From assembly GCA_963803705.1 (NCBI GenBank), contig CAWDNU010000001.1, positions 32,001 to 96,000 on the forward strand: 64,000 bases of DNA, read 5' to 3'. The notes below the pieces were generated by a model, which made no database searches, had not been told where the DNA came from, and saw only the letters and a list, made by a program, of their open reading frames with translations. This document shows, piece after piece, positions 43,517 to 53,629 of this stretch; the stretch's first letter is position 1; each line of letters begins with the position of its first letter. A program made the position numbers and the translations under genes. The DNA comes from an uncultured Pseudobdellovibrionaceae bacterium. Its GTDB lineage: Bacteria; Bdellovibrionota; Bdellovibrionia; Bdellovibrionales; UBA1609.

Positions 43517-44992
43517 ATGAAGTTTAGTTTAGAAAAAAAAGGTTTCGAAAATTTAAGTAACAAATCTTTAGTTCTTTTTAGCGATGATAAGAAAAAAGTA
43601 CTTACAGCGGACGTGAAGCTCGACAAAGATTTTCTTGAATATGATTTGGGTAAGAAAAAGTCCGTAACAAGTTTTTTAAATACGGATTTAAATGTTTACA
43701 AAAATGTTTTTTTGGCAGGATTGGGTGACCTTAGCGATTTAAGTGGTGAAGATGTTCGCAGAACAGCTGCCCAGGTTTTTAAAACTTTGAAAGCAAATAA
43801 AATTACCAAGCTTACCGTTGCAGCACCTTCTAAAGTAAATAAGTCTATTGACCAAAATCAGTTTCTTGCAAAATTTACTCAGGGCTTAATGATTTCAGAT
43901 TTTACTTATGACGAAAATAAAACTGAAAAAAAAGAGAAAGAGTTTGCATTACAAATTACCTATTCCAACGTGTCAGATTTAAAAAAAGCAAAAGACGCAC
44001 TGTCTGAGGCACAAATTGTAGCTGAGCAGGTCAATTTCGCTCGGTATTTAGGAGACGCGCCAGGGAACATGATGACTCCTTCAATACTGGCAAGGAAAAC
44101 TGAAGAAGCTGCAAAAGGAACTGGAATCAAAGTAACTGTCTGGGATAAAACCAAAATTAAGAAAGAAAAATTTGGAGGTCTTTACGGAGTTTCACAAGGT
44201 AGTGATCAAGAGCCAAAGTTTATTATTATGGAGTACAAAGGTGGTCCTACCTCAAAAGCTCCGATTTGCTTCGTGGGTAAAGGCTTAACTTTTGATGCTG
44301 GTGGAATATCGATCAAACCTGGCGCTGGCATGGATGAAATGAAATATGACATGTGCGGTTCGGCAGCTGTTATCGGCGCGACTTTAGCCATTGCGCGATT
44401 GAAACTTAAAGTGAACGTATTAACTTTTGTGCCGAGCACAGAAAATTTGTTAGGTGGTTCAGCCACAAAGCCAGGTGACATCCACACCTTCAGAAACGGC
44501 AAGACAGCCGAAATTTTGAATACTGATGCAGAGGGACGCTTGATTCTAGCTGACGCACTATCTTATGCTTCAGAAAAAAAACCTCAGGTTATTTTTGACA
44601 CCGCTACTCTAACAGGCGCCATGGTGGTGGCTTTAGGAAATTGTCACACTGGATTTTTTACTAAAGACAACGACTTAGCCAGAACTATTGAAAAATCTGG
44701 CGAGACTTCTGAAGAAAACCTATGGAGAATGCCACTGACCTCTGAACATACAGATGATATCAAGGGTAAGTTTGCTGATCTTCAAAATATTGGTTCTTCA
44801 AAGGGCGCTGGCAGCGCGACTGCTGCCGCTTTCTTATCTGAATTCGTTGATAAAAAAATTCCTTGGGCGCATTTTGACATCGCTGGAACAGCATGGAATT
44901 GTGGCAACCGAAGAGAGTACTTACCGACAAAAGGCGCATCAGGCGTTTTAGTAAGAACTTTCGTGGAATTAGCTAAATCTTATGCAAAGTAA
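43517..44992 (+). CDS. pepA: Leucyl aminopeptidase (M17)
   Basis: VGKGLTFDAGG, MKYDMCG, NTDAEGRL. Confidence 0.95.
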   Translation: MKFSLEKKGFENLSNKSLVLFSDDKKKVLTADVKLDKDFLEYDLGKKKSVTSFLNTDLNVYKNVFLAGLGDLSDLSGEDVRRTAAQVFKTLKANKITKLTVAAPSKVNKSIDQNQFLAKFTQGLMISDFTYDENKTEKKEKEFALQITYSNVSDLKKAKDALSEAQIVAEQVNFARYLGDAPGNMMTPSILARKTEEAAKGTGIKVTVWDKTKIKKEKFGGLYGVSQGSDQEPKFIIMEYKGGPTSKAPICFVGKGLTFDAGGISIKPGAGMDEMKYDMCGSAAVIGATLAIARLKLKVNVLTFVPSTENLLGGSATKPGDIHTFRNGKTAEILNTDAEGRLILADALSYASEKKPQVIFDTATLTGAMVVALGNCHTGFFTKDNDLARTIEKSGETSEENLWRMPLTSEHTDDIKGKFADLQNIGSSKGAGSATAAAFLSEFVDKKIPWAHFDIAGTAWNCGNRREYLPTKGASGVLVRTFVELAKSYAK

Positions 44993-45123
44993 TTTGAATA
45001 AAACTATTTGGATTAAATAAACAGTTTTTGTTAAAGTCCAAAAAAATTAGTTCTAAATTCTTAAGCCTCAGCATAAGCTGAAGCTCTGAAATTAAATGCA
45101 AACTTCCCAGTTAACTAAGAGGA

Positions 45124-46404
45124 TTAATTCAATATCCTTAGATGGCTGTAGTCCACAACCCAAGTGTCACTAGTGTCAATATTCACAAGTAAAAATCTTG
45201 GATATTCTTGACTCCATCTATCTAGAAATTTTTGTAAACCTGAGACCTCAAGTTGAGAAATTGATTGGATTTTTGATGGAAAGATAGAGTCTAGTTCGTT
45301 TACTCTTTGACCTCCTGCCCACACGAATCTTCTCGCTACATTACAATTTGAAATACTGATTTTCTTTATAAGATAAAAATCAAACATCTTACACGAATAT
45401 TTGTTTCCGCCTGAAATGAAATGAACTGTATACTCATCGTTGAAATATGGGCTCATTGGAGCATCAAAATTTCTTCTATCCAAAGCTTTATTGACAAAAT
45501 CTAGATTCCAGCTCTCTTCACTTTCAAGTTGGGTTGTAAAGATATCTTCAGTTCCAAACCATTTCCTTAAACCTTCATTCAAAAGATTTGTTAATGCCAT
45601 ATCTGAAAGAGGAGATTTAATATTTCTTCCCAAAAGGCTACCGTCATTTCTAGCTTTGATAGTTTCAATTCGTTTGTCTAATTCTTCATTTTGTGTTTTC
45701 GATACTTTCGGTTTAGCAAATATCTCAGAATTTTTTTCGGGCTTTACACTGCCAGAATTTGAAGCTTTATTTGGCGCTAATCCAGCCACGCAAGCAAATT
45801 CAGATTTTAAGATAGCATCTGCAGCAACGACTTTTGCTATCGTACTTTGATTAAAGTAAATTCTTAATCTCTTATCCGAAAATAATTCTAGGGTTTCCGG
45901 CTTTTCATAGTCACCGTCCCAAACTAATTGATGTATGAACAAACTGTGTTCTTCAACTCTGACGTTAGCAGTTACATCGTATTGAGTGGAAAGCAGTCTC
46001 TTCTCTGTCGAATCAAAATATGTATCTACACTTATAGATCCAAAATGGACATAATTATCAGAAGGCCTTTGGCTGGCACCATAAGAAATCGAGTAACCAC
46101 TACCTTTTAATTCTATTGCAGGACTCAAGCTAGGAATAAGATGGATCGATAAGCCTCTTTCGTTCGTAAAACCAACCTCATCACTATTTTGAGACGTTAT
46201 TGCTATCGAACATGGTTGATTGGGATGTGATTCGATATAGCCAGGAAGAATTACAAGCTGCGGATCAGACTTCTGATTAAATCCTGCCAATTTATCAATT
46301 GTTTCAACAAACATTTTTCCAGGCATCTCTACTGAATAAACATTACAACTTAGAAACAGAACAACAAAATTAATATTCAATAAATTTAAACTAAAATTTT
46401 TCAT
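45124..46404 (-). CDS. Hypothetical secreted protein or lipoprotein
   Basis: 426-aa ORF with signal peptide (LFLSC); no recognised family. Confidence 0.7.
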   Translation of the reverse strand: MKNFSLNLLNINFVVLFLSCNVYSVEMPGKMFVETIDKLAGFNQKSDPQLVILPGYIESHPNQPCSIAITSQNSDEVGFTNERGLSIHLIPSLSPAIELKGSGYSISYGASQRPSDNYVHFGSISVDTYFDSTEKRLLSTQYDVTANVRVEEHSLFIHQLVWDGDYEKPETLELFSDKRLRIYFNQSTIAKVVAADAILKSEFACVAGLAPNKASNSGSVKPEKNSEIFAKPKVSKTQNEELDKRIETIKARNDGSLLGRNIKSPLSDMALTNLLNEGLRKWFGTEDIFTTQLESEESWNLDFVNKALDRRNFDAPMSPYFNDEYTVHFISGGNKYSCKMFDFYLIKKISISNCNVARRFVWAGGQRVNELDSIFPSKIQSISQLEVSGLQKFLDRWSQEYPRFLLVNIDTSDTWVVDYSHLRILN

Positions 46405-46439
46405 TTTTTTTCCTTGTAATTGAAGTTCATATTAAACTG

Positions 46440-46456
46440 AGCAAAAATAATACCAA
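46440..46456 (-). promoter_or_regulatory. Candidate sigma54 promoter for the 46404 gene
   Basis: Minus strand TTGGTATTATTTTTGCT, i.e. GG-N10-GC with TGG and TTGC, 35 bp upstream of the ATG. Confidence 0.6.
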
Positions 46457-46514
46457 AGCAGAAGTCGACCCTTCTGATTACATCGGTTGTCTAAAATTCC
46501 TTTTAAGTTCAATT

Positions 46515-46549
46515 GTTTAGGTTTAGGTTTAGGTTTAGGTTTAGGTTTA
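46515..46549. repeat. Hexanucleotide tandem repeat (GTTTAG)x5.8
   Basis: Five perfect GTTTAG units plus GTTTA. Confidence 0.95.
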
Positions 46550-46749
46550 AATTTAAAAAATTCAAGTTGAATAATTCGGTGTAAAATTAATAGACAATAT
46601 GGTCCTAATGGTCACCTTTTCTTCCCTCTTACCTGATGTAATTACCAAGCGATTCTGTCCTTACGTAATTCCCAAGGGATTTTGACCGCAGAGATGTACC
46701 CATCTGATACGATTTTGTTCTTAAATCGAAATTAGGAGGGGCATCAAGG

Positions 46750-47820
46750 ATGGGTTTTGTTTTGAGAGCAAGGGATCAGTTAAAAATTGAGATTATGTTT
46801 AAAGTGTCAAAAGGTGAAATTAGAACTATTGATGCGTGTTCAATTTTAAAAGTTTCAGAAAGAACTCTAAGACGATATTTAAAGTCCTTCCGAGAAAAAG
46901 GCATTTATTTTATCAAGCATGGCAACTGTGGAAATATCCCAAGAAACAAAATATCTGATGCTATAAAATAGCATACCCAGGCTTTAATTAAGCAGCGCTA
47001 TTTTGATTTTAACATGAGTCATTTAAGAGAAAAATTAATTGAAGAGTTTAACATTACTATCAAGTAGGGAAACTTTAAGAAAATGGTGTCACGAGATCGG
47101 TTACGTAAAACATGCCCAAAAAAGAAGGAATAAGCCAAAATACTATCGCCAAAGAATGAGCCAAAAGGGCTTGCTGCTTCAAATGGATGGAAGTCACCAT
47201 AAGTGGTTTTCAGAGCGTACCACGTGCCTTATGGCGGTCATAGATGACGCCACAAATGAAGTCTATGCCAGATTTTATGACGGTGAGACCACGGTTGCTT
47301 GCATGGATTTTTAAGACGCCACATTGAAAAGTATGGTGTTTGCACGTCGTACTATACGGATAAAGCCGGGCTATTTGGTGGCATAAAGCCAAGTAACTTT
47401 TCACAAGTTGAAAGGGCTTTAGGTGAGGTGGGCAGCCAAATCGTATACGCTCATACACCAGAAGCTAAAGGCCGTGTTGAAAGACTGTTTAAGACCTTAC
47501 AAGACAGGCTGATTCCAGAGCTAAGGCTTAAAGGAATTACGACCATGAAAGAAGCCAATTATTTTTTAGAAACCACTTATCTGCAATATCGTCATAATCA
47601 AAAATATATGGTTAGAGCCCATAACCCTCTCAGTGCCTATAAAAGCCTGGCAGGTAAAATTGATTTAAGTGATGTGTTTTGTCTTAAGGAATTTAGAGTT
47701 GTCGGCAGAGATCACACTGTAAGTATTAATGGCGTTAGGTACTATATCGCAGACGAATTAAGGCACTCTATTCACAAACAAAAGCTTCAAAAACAAAGAT
47801 TAAAAGGCAAGTTTTACTGA
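46750..47820 (+). pseudogene. IS1202/ISNCY-type DDE transposase, disrupted
   Basis: HTH (VSERTLRR), HGNCG, LLQMDGSHHKWF, IDDAT, YTDK, AKGRVERLFKTLQDRL; in-frame TAG at 46969 plus frameshifts. Confidence 0.88.
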
Positions 47821-48089
47821 ACGAATTTAAAATAAGAAACGAGCATTGCTGTGCTCAACTATGCTTATTAAAACTAAAAACTTTTTGATCAATGACAAAG
47901 GCTATTCGAATGTAAAAGACTTTGTGAGTGCGTTAAAAGTGATTGCCTGAGTCGTGCAGCCAACAGACATATGGAGCACGTGAATTCAAGATCATTTAAG
48001 CTGGCATATTTGATACATCTTTGCTGCTTTCAAAATGGTAAAATATATGTGACTCTAATTCTCTCAAGGGCAAATCAGATATCCTTTTT

Positions 48090-48719
48090 TTATTCTTTAC
48101 ATTCAATTCTTTCACCAAAATCATTTTCTATTAAATTATTATTTGGTGAATCAATAATTAAAGAGAAATATCCTGGGAGATTTATGGGGGAAACGTTTTT
48201 GTAAACGCCATTAGATTTTTCTATTTTGAATATTTCTGCGCCTTCCTCTAAACGAAATCCATCTAAAGTCCACACGGTACTGTAATCCTCACCAGTAATT
48301 TCTCTATCAATATAAACAAAATCCGTCTTGCTATTTACAAAACCCTTAAAGATTGTAGATTCGTTTGACTCATGAATCTCGATATCCAAAATTGTGCTTG
48401 GTATGGGAAGAAAGCTAGAGGTTGTACTCTTCGTTTCCTGATAAAATCCTAATTTTAAATAAACATCTTTATAAAATGTGATTGATGATCCATTAATTGA
48501 ATCAGTTTTATAAGCTTCATCCAGAGTAACCAAACTGTAAAAAAAACTAGCTTTATCACTTACTTTGTTTTTACATATAATTAAATCATTACTATCTGCT
48601 AAAGAGCGCATCATGTCGTAACCCAAGTTTGGATCCAACGTAATCCGGTCGTTTTTATTAGAGCTGCAAGCATTCAAAAAGATTAATAAAGAAATTAGAG
48701 TAATAAAGGTGCGTCTCAT
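48090..48719 (-). CDS. Hypothetical lipoprotein (passenger inside the IS)
   Basis: Lipobox LNAC; intact 209-aa ORF between the transposase and the right end. Confidence 0.75.
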   Translation of the reverse strand: MRRTFITLISLLIFLNACSSNKNDRITLDPNLGYDMMRSLADSNDLIICKNKVSDKASFFYSLVTLDEAYKTDSINGSSITFYKDVYLKLGFYQETKSTTSSFLPIPSTILDIEIHESNESTIFKGFVNSKTDFVYIDREITGEDYSTVWTLDGFRLEEGAEIFKIEKSNGVYKNVSPINLPGYFSLIIDSPNNNLIENDFGERIECKE

Positions 48720-49124
48720 ATTTTTTCCTTCAACAAATGTTAGTTAACCAAAAGTATTTGAATTTACGTTAAAAGTAAATGCTTTAAACCTAATAAATCA
48801 TACAGAGACACATTGGAGCTGACCAAACCGCCCATTTTATGGCCGTAAAATGTCAACCAGAAAACCTAGCTTTTTAATCAAGGTTCTTTATTGGACTAAT
48901 AAAATATGGGTATGACGCCGATAGGCTGTCAGAATCGATTGGAACTAATTAGGTCAATTTACCCTGGGAAAGACACTTTCCTCTTACCTGATCTCTAAAC
49001 CCTTTTAAAGGGTCTTCTGTAGTTTCCATTCTGGCGAATTACCAGTTCAATAGTATTTAAGCGTTGCCAGATGCGTAATCAATCGCAAAGTGTGCGCGCC
49101 AATCAAGAAGCATGACTGTAAATT

Positions 49125-52100
49125 TTATTTGGCTCTTTCGGAATAACGTTCGATCCACCATTCCCTATATTTTTCAAAGTACTCGAGCGGACATTTTAAA
49201 TTATCTCTGTCTCCATCATAGCAAGCTACTAGAGCATCCGAAGCAAACTGGTCCTGATCGAAATATCGATAAAGGTTGTGGGTCAAGTCCGAGCTCATAG
49301 GATATTCTATATCGTATCTGCTTATATATTTTTTGAAACTCCAATTAGGTTTTAATCCATTGATGATTTCACGGTAAGCAACCGCTTTGTAAGAGTTATC
49401 GTCGAACTCCAGGGGAATTCCCCTGGCTATTTCTTTTTTAGCATGCAGAATTGCATCGTCTATCGATACCAAGATAGCTTTCAATCGATCCTCGTCTCCC
49501 ATTTCAAAAAAGGTTGATCTTTTGGAAATGTGATCAATTCGAGCTGAACCTACAACAAGATCTCCACCGATTAAATATGGCGGAAAGGCATTGGCGACAA
49601 CGTCTTCAATACTTTTTCTTTGTAAGTGATGAACCGCCACTGCAACTGCAGTCTCATCAGGTCTGTAAGTTGAAATCATATGCAGAATGTTTTTCCAATA
49701 CTTAGGTTCAATGATAACCTCTTGTCTTGGGTCAATGTCAGTATTTACAATAACCAAATTCTTCTGAGCGTCAGGTGATCCATTCATCAAAACTTGATCC
49801 GTTAACAATGAAGGTTGAAGGTTTTCTAGATTAACATTATCTGGCAATTGAACAGAGTTTCTTCGCGTTGTCTGATCCAGACCAGCTTGTTCGTGCAAAG
49901 AATTGCCCTTAAAGTTTTTCAGATCTTTGGCAGTCGTATCATTAAATTGGGTCTTTTCTAGCTCCGACAATCCACCTTGGCCTTCACCGCAGTTGATGAC
50001 TAGTACTCCTCGCATCACATAGCCTTTTTCATCAGGGCGACAAGGTGCTGCATTAACTTTAGGTAAGTTTATTTTCGGTAATAATTCCACATAGTTTTTA
50101 GGTCCACGAAGAGATGCGTTTAAGTCTTTGAATAGCACTGGTACGAAGGGTCTCACTTTGCCAAACGTAATGTCCTCTTCGGATTCAGGACCTGTAAAAA
50201 AGTAATTTGGATTGAAGAGTAGATAATCAATCACATCAGAAAAAAGTCTACTGAAAGGTTTATGCAAATCCTTGTCAATGTAATCAAGTACTTCTTTCAT
50301 ACTCATTAGATTTCCACTGACGTCTATGAAATTTAGCTCAATGCCAGGGCTATTATTTTCTATTTCGGTGAGCGCATCTATCACTACACTTGGATTTTCT
50401 GAAATAATTTTCTTAAATTCGATCAGAGGATTGAAGTAGGTTTTTAAAGATGGAATAACACTATTAGTAATAACAACGTCATTTAGCTTTTGCCTACCGG
50501 AATTACAATAAGCCAGAGTATTTTTTACTATGTAGTAGTACATCAAAGATGAATATCTAAATCTTTCTAACGCTCGCGGATCTGCGGATTGCATAAGTAG
50601 AGCTTGCTTTACTGAACCTGAAAACATAATTTCGATCTTTTGTGCGGACTTTATGATTTCATTATTGAAATACGAGATTACGAACTTATACCGTTCAACC
50701 ATACTTAAGCTAAGTATTTTTAGATATGTTTCTTCATCACCAATCACCAAACTTATGCCGTAGGGGTCAATATTGTCGAGACTAATTCCTAAAGATGATG
50801 GTTTGTGGCTAAGCTTTATGGGCGGTAAGATTCGGCAGTCACTACTTTTTTTTAGGTCTTCAAAAATTAAATTTGAAGCTTGGTTGGAGTGAGGATAAAT
50901 TCCAAGAAAGTCCAATATTGGAGCTTTTGAAAAATGATCTGCAAATTTCTTATGATTGATATTATTGGACTCGAAGTCTTCAACTATTTTAAGATCAGAG
51001 GGATTAAGTTGATCTTTTATATTGCTGTATTCTGGGACAAAGCTTTCTTTCTTCTTAACGATTAATTGAGCGATCCCCCCACCAATTGAAGACAAGATTC
51101 CACCCGCTTTTGATAATAGTCCTGGGTCTTTTGATTTGGTATCACCATAGTTCGCAACTCGACCGCTGTTGTCAGCGTGATCAGGTGCTGAACCGCTAAA
51201 ACTTTTACAAGAACTCATATCCCCAAAATATACGAGTTGATCACGAGTGGCATACCCAAGGTCAAAACCCGAAATACAAATAGTCGGTTTGAACAAATAT
51301 TGGGGTTTGTACCTTTCAAGAAAGTCTTTTTCATATGCAAAGAATGCTGTGTCATATCCCCTTAAGGTCATAAAAACAAATTCTTTCCAAGGAGCTATAG
51401 CTGCTTTCTTGTCGCTTGGTGAACCGTAAGTTAAATCAAAAACTTTTTCTTGATTTTCATCGTATAAAACTGGTCTTACATGGTTTCGGAATAATTCGAC
51501 GGACAGTACCCAATTTTTAGGGAACTGTATCTCGGCATCCACCATAATTGATAAAAATAAAGAGGTCTCACCAATACAATTGGTGCATTTGGAAATAAGT
51601 GCATCGCTCAATAAAGTCTTGGGACCGCAATAGTCGATGTTTTCCTGATCGTCGTTATAAATTATTTCAAGAATCTCTTTCCAAAAAGTAAAGAAGCGAT
51701 CGGGAGTAGAGTTCAGTCTTTGAGCTTGAGTCACTTTTGCTAATATAGAATTGTATTTAGCAATGACTTCGTTGAAGTTAAAGGTTTTACCGTACTTTTG
51801 ATAAAGATAAATATGTTCCATACGAATGATGGTTTCACCCAAACTCATTTCAGATTGACCAGTACTTAAATATTTAAAAGCAGAAATAGCTCCTCGTCTT
51901 TGAAATAGGAACATATTTTTAGAAGCTCTTAAATCAGAACAATTAAATCTTTCTTGAAATTCAGCCATCGACTTGAAATTTATAACTAACGGATAGGACT
52001 TTGAACTTTGATTTACACTTTCATGCTCCTTGGATGAAAAGTAGACTTTTGGATTTTCATCATCAAGGGTCAAGATAAATTCGTGCTGGTTGATTATGAA

Positions 52101-52346
52101 TTGAAAGTCTTGATCGCTAGAATCGACAGACAGTGTTTCAATCTGAGACAAACTCATGTTGCGATCTGCGATTTGGTCTTGAATAAAAAATTGTAGTTCT
52201 GCATTTAAATCTTTGGGAATAGCGACATCACATGTCGTGTTTGCGGCAGCTACTGATAGATACATCGATAGAAATACAGTCAAGATATTTACATATGTAA
52301 AAATAGACGACACTCTATTAGCTTTTAAGAGCAGATTATTCTTCAT
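49125..52346 (-). CDS. Large secreted protein with transglutaminase-like Cys-His-Asp motifs
   Basis: Signal peptide from ATG 52346 (GGAG RBS); NCIGETSLF...LFRNHVRPVL...VFDLT. Confidence 0.65.
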   Translation of the reverse strand: MKNNLLLKANRVSSIFTYVNILTVFLSMYLSVAAANTTCDVAIPKDLNAELQFFIQDQIADRNMSLSQIETLSVDSSDQDFQFIINQHEFILTLDDENPKVYFSSKEHESVNQSSKSYPLVINFKSMAEFQERFNCSDLRASKNMFLFQRRGAISAFKYLSTGQSEMSLGETIIRMEHIYLYQKYGKTFNFNEVIAKYNSILAKVTQAQRLNSTPDRFFTFWKEILEIIYNDDQENIDYCGPKTLLSDALISKCTNCIGETSLFLSIMVDAEIQFPKNWVLSVELFRNHVRPVLYDENQEKVFDLTYGSPSDKKAAIAPWKEFVFMTLRGYDTAFFAYEKDFLERYKPQYLFKPTICISGFDLGYATRDQLVYFGDMSSCKSFSGSAPDHADNSGRVANYGDTKSKDPGLLSKAGGILSSIGGGIAQLIVKKKESFVPEYSNIKDQLNPSDLKIVEDFESNNINHKKFADHFSKAPILDFLGIYPHSNQASNLIFEDLKKSSDCRILPPIKLSHKPSSLGISLDNIDPYGISLVIGDEETYLKILSLSMVERYKFVISYFNNEIIKSAQKIEIMFSGSVKQALLMQSADPRALERFRYSSLMYYYIVKNTLAYCNSGRQKLNDVVITNSVIPSLKTYFNPLIEFKKIISENPSVVIDALTEIENNSPGIELNFIDVSGNLMSMKEVLDYIDKDLHKPFSRLFSDVIDYLLFNPNYFFTGPESEEDITFGKVRPFVPVLFKDLNASLRGPKNYVELLPKINLPKVNAAPCRPDEKGYVMRGVLVINCGEGQGGLSELEKTQFNDTTAKDLKNFKGNSLHEQAGLDQTTRRNSVQLPDNVNLENLQPSLLTDQVLMNGSPDAQKNLVIVNTDIDPRQEVIIEPKYWKNILHMISTYRPDETAVAVAVHHLQRKSIEDVVANAFPPYLIGGDLVVGSARIDHISKRSTFFEMGDEDRLKAILVSIDDAILHAKKEIARGIPLEFDDNSYKAVAYREIINGLKPNWSFKKYISRYDIEYPMSSDLTHNLYRYFDQDQFASDALVACYDGDRDNLKCPLEYFEKYREWWIERYSERAK

Positions 52347-52656
52347 GTAGTTATAGACTCCAAGTTGCGTGCCACAAAAATTTTTTGGAGCGGAAGTTAA
52401 TATACAAATCGAATCGAAGAGGATAAGACAATCAATAGCTATTTTTGAGCTCATCTTTTTTTGAAGCTTGGATATTGGTTATCCGACGGTTCAACCGAAA
52501 GGAGTGAAGTGGTTTGATAACGAATCTAATTAGAGCGTGCGACAGCATCTCGGATCTCATTTTTTATGGCATCAAAATCTATTTCATCTGCAATAACAAA
52601 TTACTGAAATGCAACTACTGCGTAATCAAAATGTAGGCATGAAGGATTTCATTTTT

Positions 52657-52881
52657 ATGATAAAAATATTAGTAGTCGACAAAGATTTAGAGTTATTGGA
52701 CTTCATGTCTGAAGAATTAACTGATTTTGAGGTTAAAATAGCTTCTTATTGCAATTGTGTAATGGGTCTCTTAAGTGAAGATAAATTTATTCCAGACATG
52801 GTAACATCAGATTCTGACTTGGGTGAAGGATTCAATGGAATTGATGTTCTAAATTTTTTTCGTAAAAGAAGGTATGGATGA
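52657..52881 (+). pseudogene. Truncated response-regulator receiver domain
   Basis: KILVVDKD...PDMVTSD...GFNGIDVL, ending before beta4/beta5 at the IS110 relic. Confidence 0.7.
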
Positions 52882-53268
52882 CCGCCGCATCTTGTAAACA
52901 TGGGACTGATTACCCTAATTGGATTACATAAGTGATCTAAACGAAATTACGGAGGCCACCCAGATGGAGAAGTTAATGCACGTAGAGGATTAGATGTCGA
53001 TGATAAGAATTTCACAGCAGCGCTATTAGCCGGTGACACTGGGGAATTATTTAATTTTCGCACTAAGCCACAATTTTCAAGCCTAACTAATAAGCTTTCT
53101 AAATTCGAAGAACAAGGCTACAAAATCAAGCTTTGCTATGAGGCCTCTTATATAGGGTTTTCATTAAAAAGAAAACTTGATGAGACAAATATACACTGTG
53201 ATGTGATGTCATCTCACCTTCCCAAATCCCAGAGTTGGCTTCTGACAGGGTTAAAACAGACAGGCTTG
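52876..53268 (+). mobile_element. IS110-family relic (left end plus frameshifted, truncated DEDD domain)
   Basis: GGAGG RBS and ATG 52964; GLDVDDKNF, LCYEASYIGFSL and SQIPELASDRVKTDRL across frameshifts. Confidence 0.85.
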
Positions 53269-53380
53269 GTCCAAAGTGTTACCCACCTTAGAAAGCTCTA
53301 CCATCAATCTATAACTTACACACTAGTACGTGCATGATCTAGAAAAATTTATTGATCCAATTAGATACAACCTATTAACA

Positions 53381-53406
53381 ATATGATATCATTTTTGATA
53401 TCATAT
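53381..53406. promoter_or_regulatory. Perfect palindrome, probable HicB operator overlapping the promoter
   Basis: ATATGATATCA-TTTT-TGATATCATAT; TTAACA at 53375 and TG-a-TATCAT at 53396-53404. Confidence 0.8.
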
Positions 53407-53410
53407 TTAT

Positions 53411-53629
53411 ATTAGCAAGACCGATAAGCTACTAGCAAAACTTGAAAATGGAACTATCTCTGCTCAAGAACTTAGGACACTTTTACAAAAACTAGGATGG
53501 GAATTGGCTCGGCAAAAAGGATCTCATGAACAGTGGTTAAAAAATAGAAAAGTGATGACACTTGCTACTCATTCTAAGGATTTAAAAAAGTATCAAATTA
53601 AAATGGTTTTAAAGGAATTGGAGGAATAG
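53411..53629 (+). CDS. hicA: HicA-family mRNase toxin (ATT at the expected start; absent from the ORF track)
   Basis: ISKTDKLLAKL...LQKLGWELARQKGSHEQW...YQIKMVLKELEE*; GSH motif; TAG overlaps the hicB GTG. Confidence 0.85.
   Translation: MSKTDKLLAKLENGTISAQELRTLLQKLGWELARQKGSHEQWLKNRKVMTLATHSKDLKKYQIKMVLKELEE

Larger units (their letters stand above)
46637..48975 (+). mobile_element. IS1202-like (ISNCY) element with passenger gene and 16-bp target duplication
   Basis: Begins TGT and ends ACA; repeated 24-bp subterminal motifs at both ends; flanked by CTTCCCTCTTACCTGA (46621-46636) and CTTTCCTCTTACCTGA (48976-48991). Confidence 0.85.

Noticed and set aside
46515..46549. TTTAGG repeat as a telomere or CRISPR array
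   Set aside because: Only 35 bp, internal, no spacers and no cas genes; no CRISPR array was seen anywhere in the window
46969..46971. In-frame TAGs in the transposase and the peptidase as evidence of amber recoding
   Set aside because: TAG ends intact genes such as glnA and panB at expected positions, and the transposase is also frameshifted
47825..47852. ATTTAAAATAA as a XerD arm of a dif-like site (some IS1202 members target Xer sites)
   Set aside because: No XerC arm at 6-bp spacing, and it lies inside the element rather than at its end
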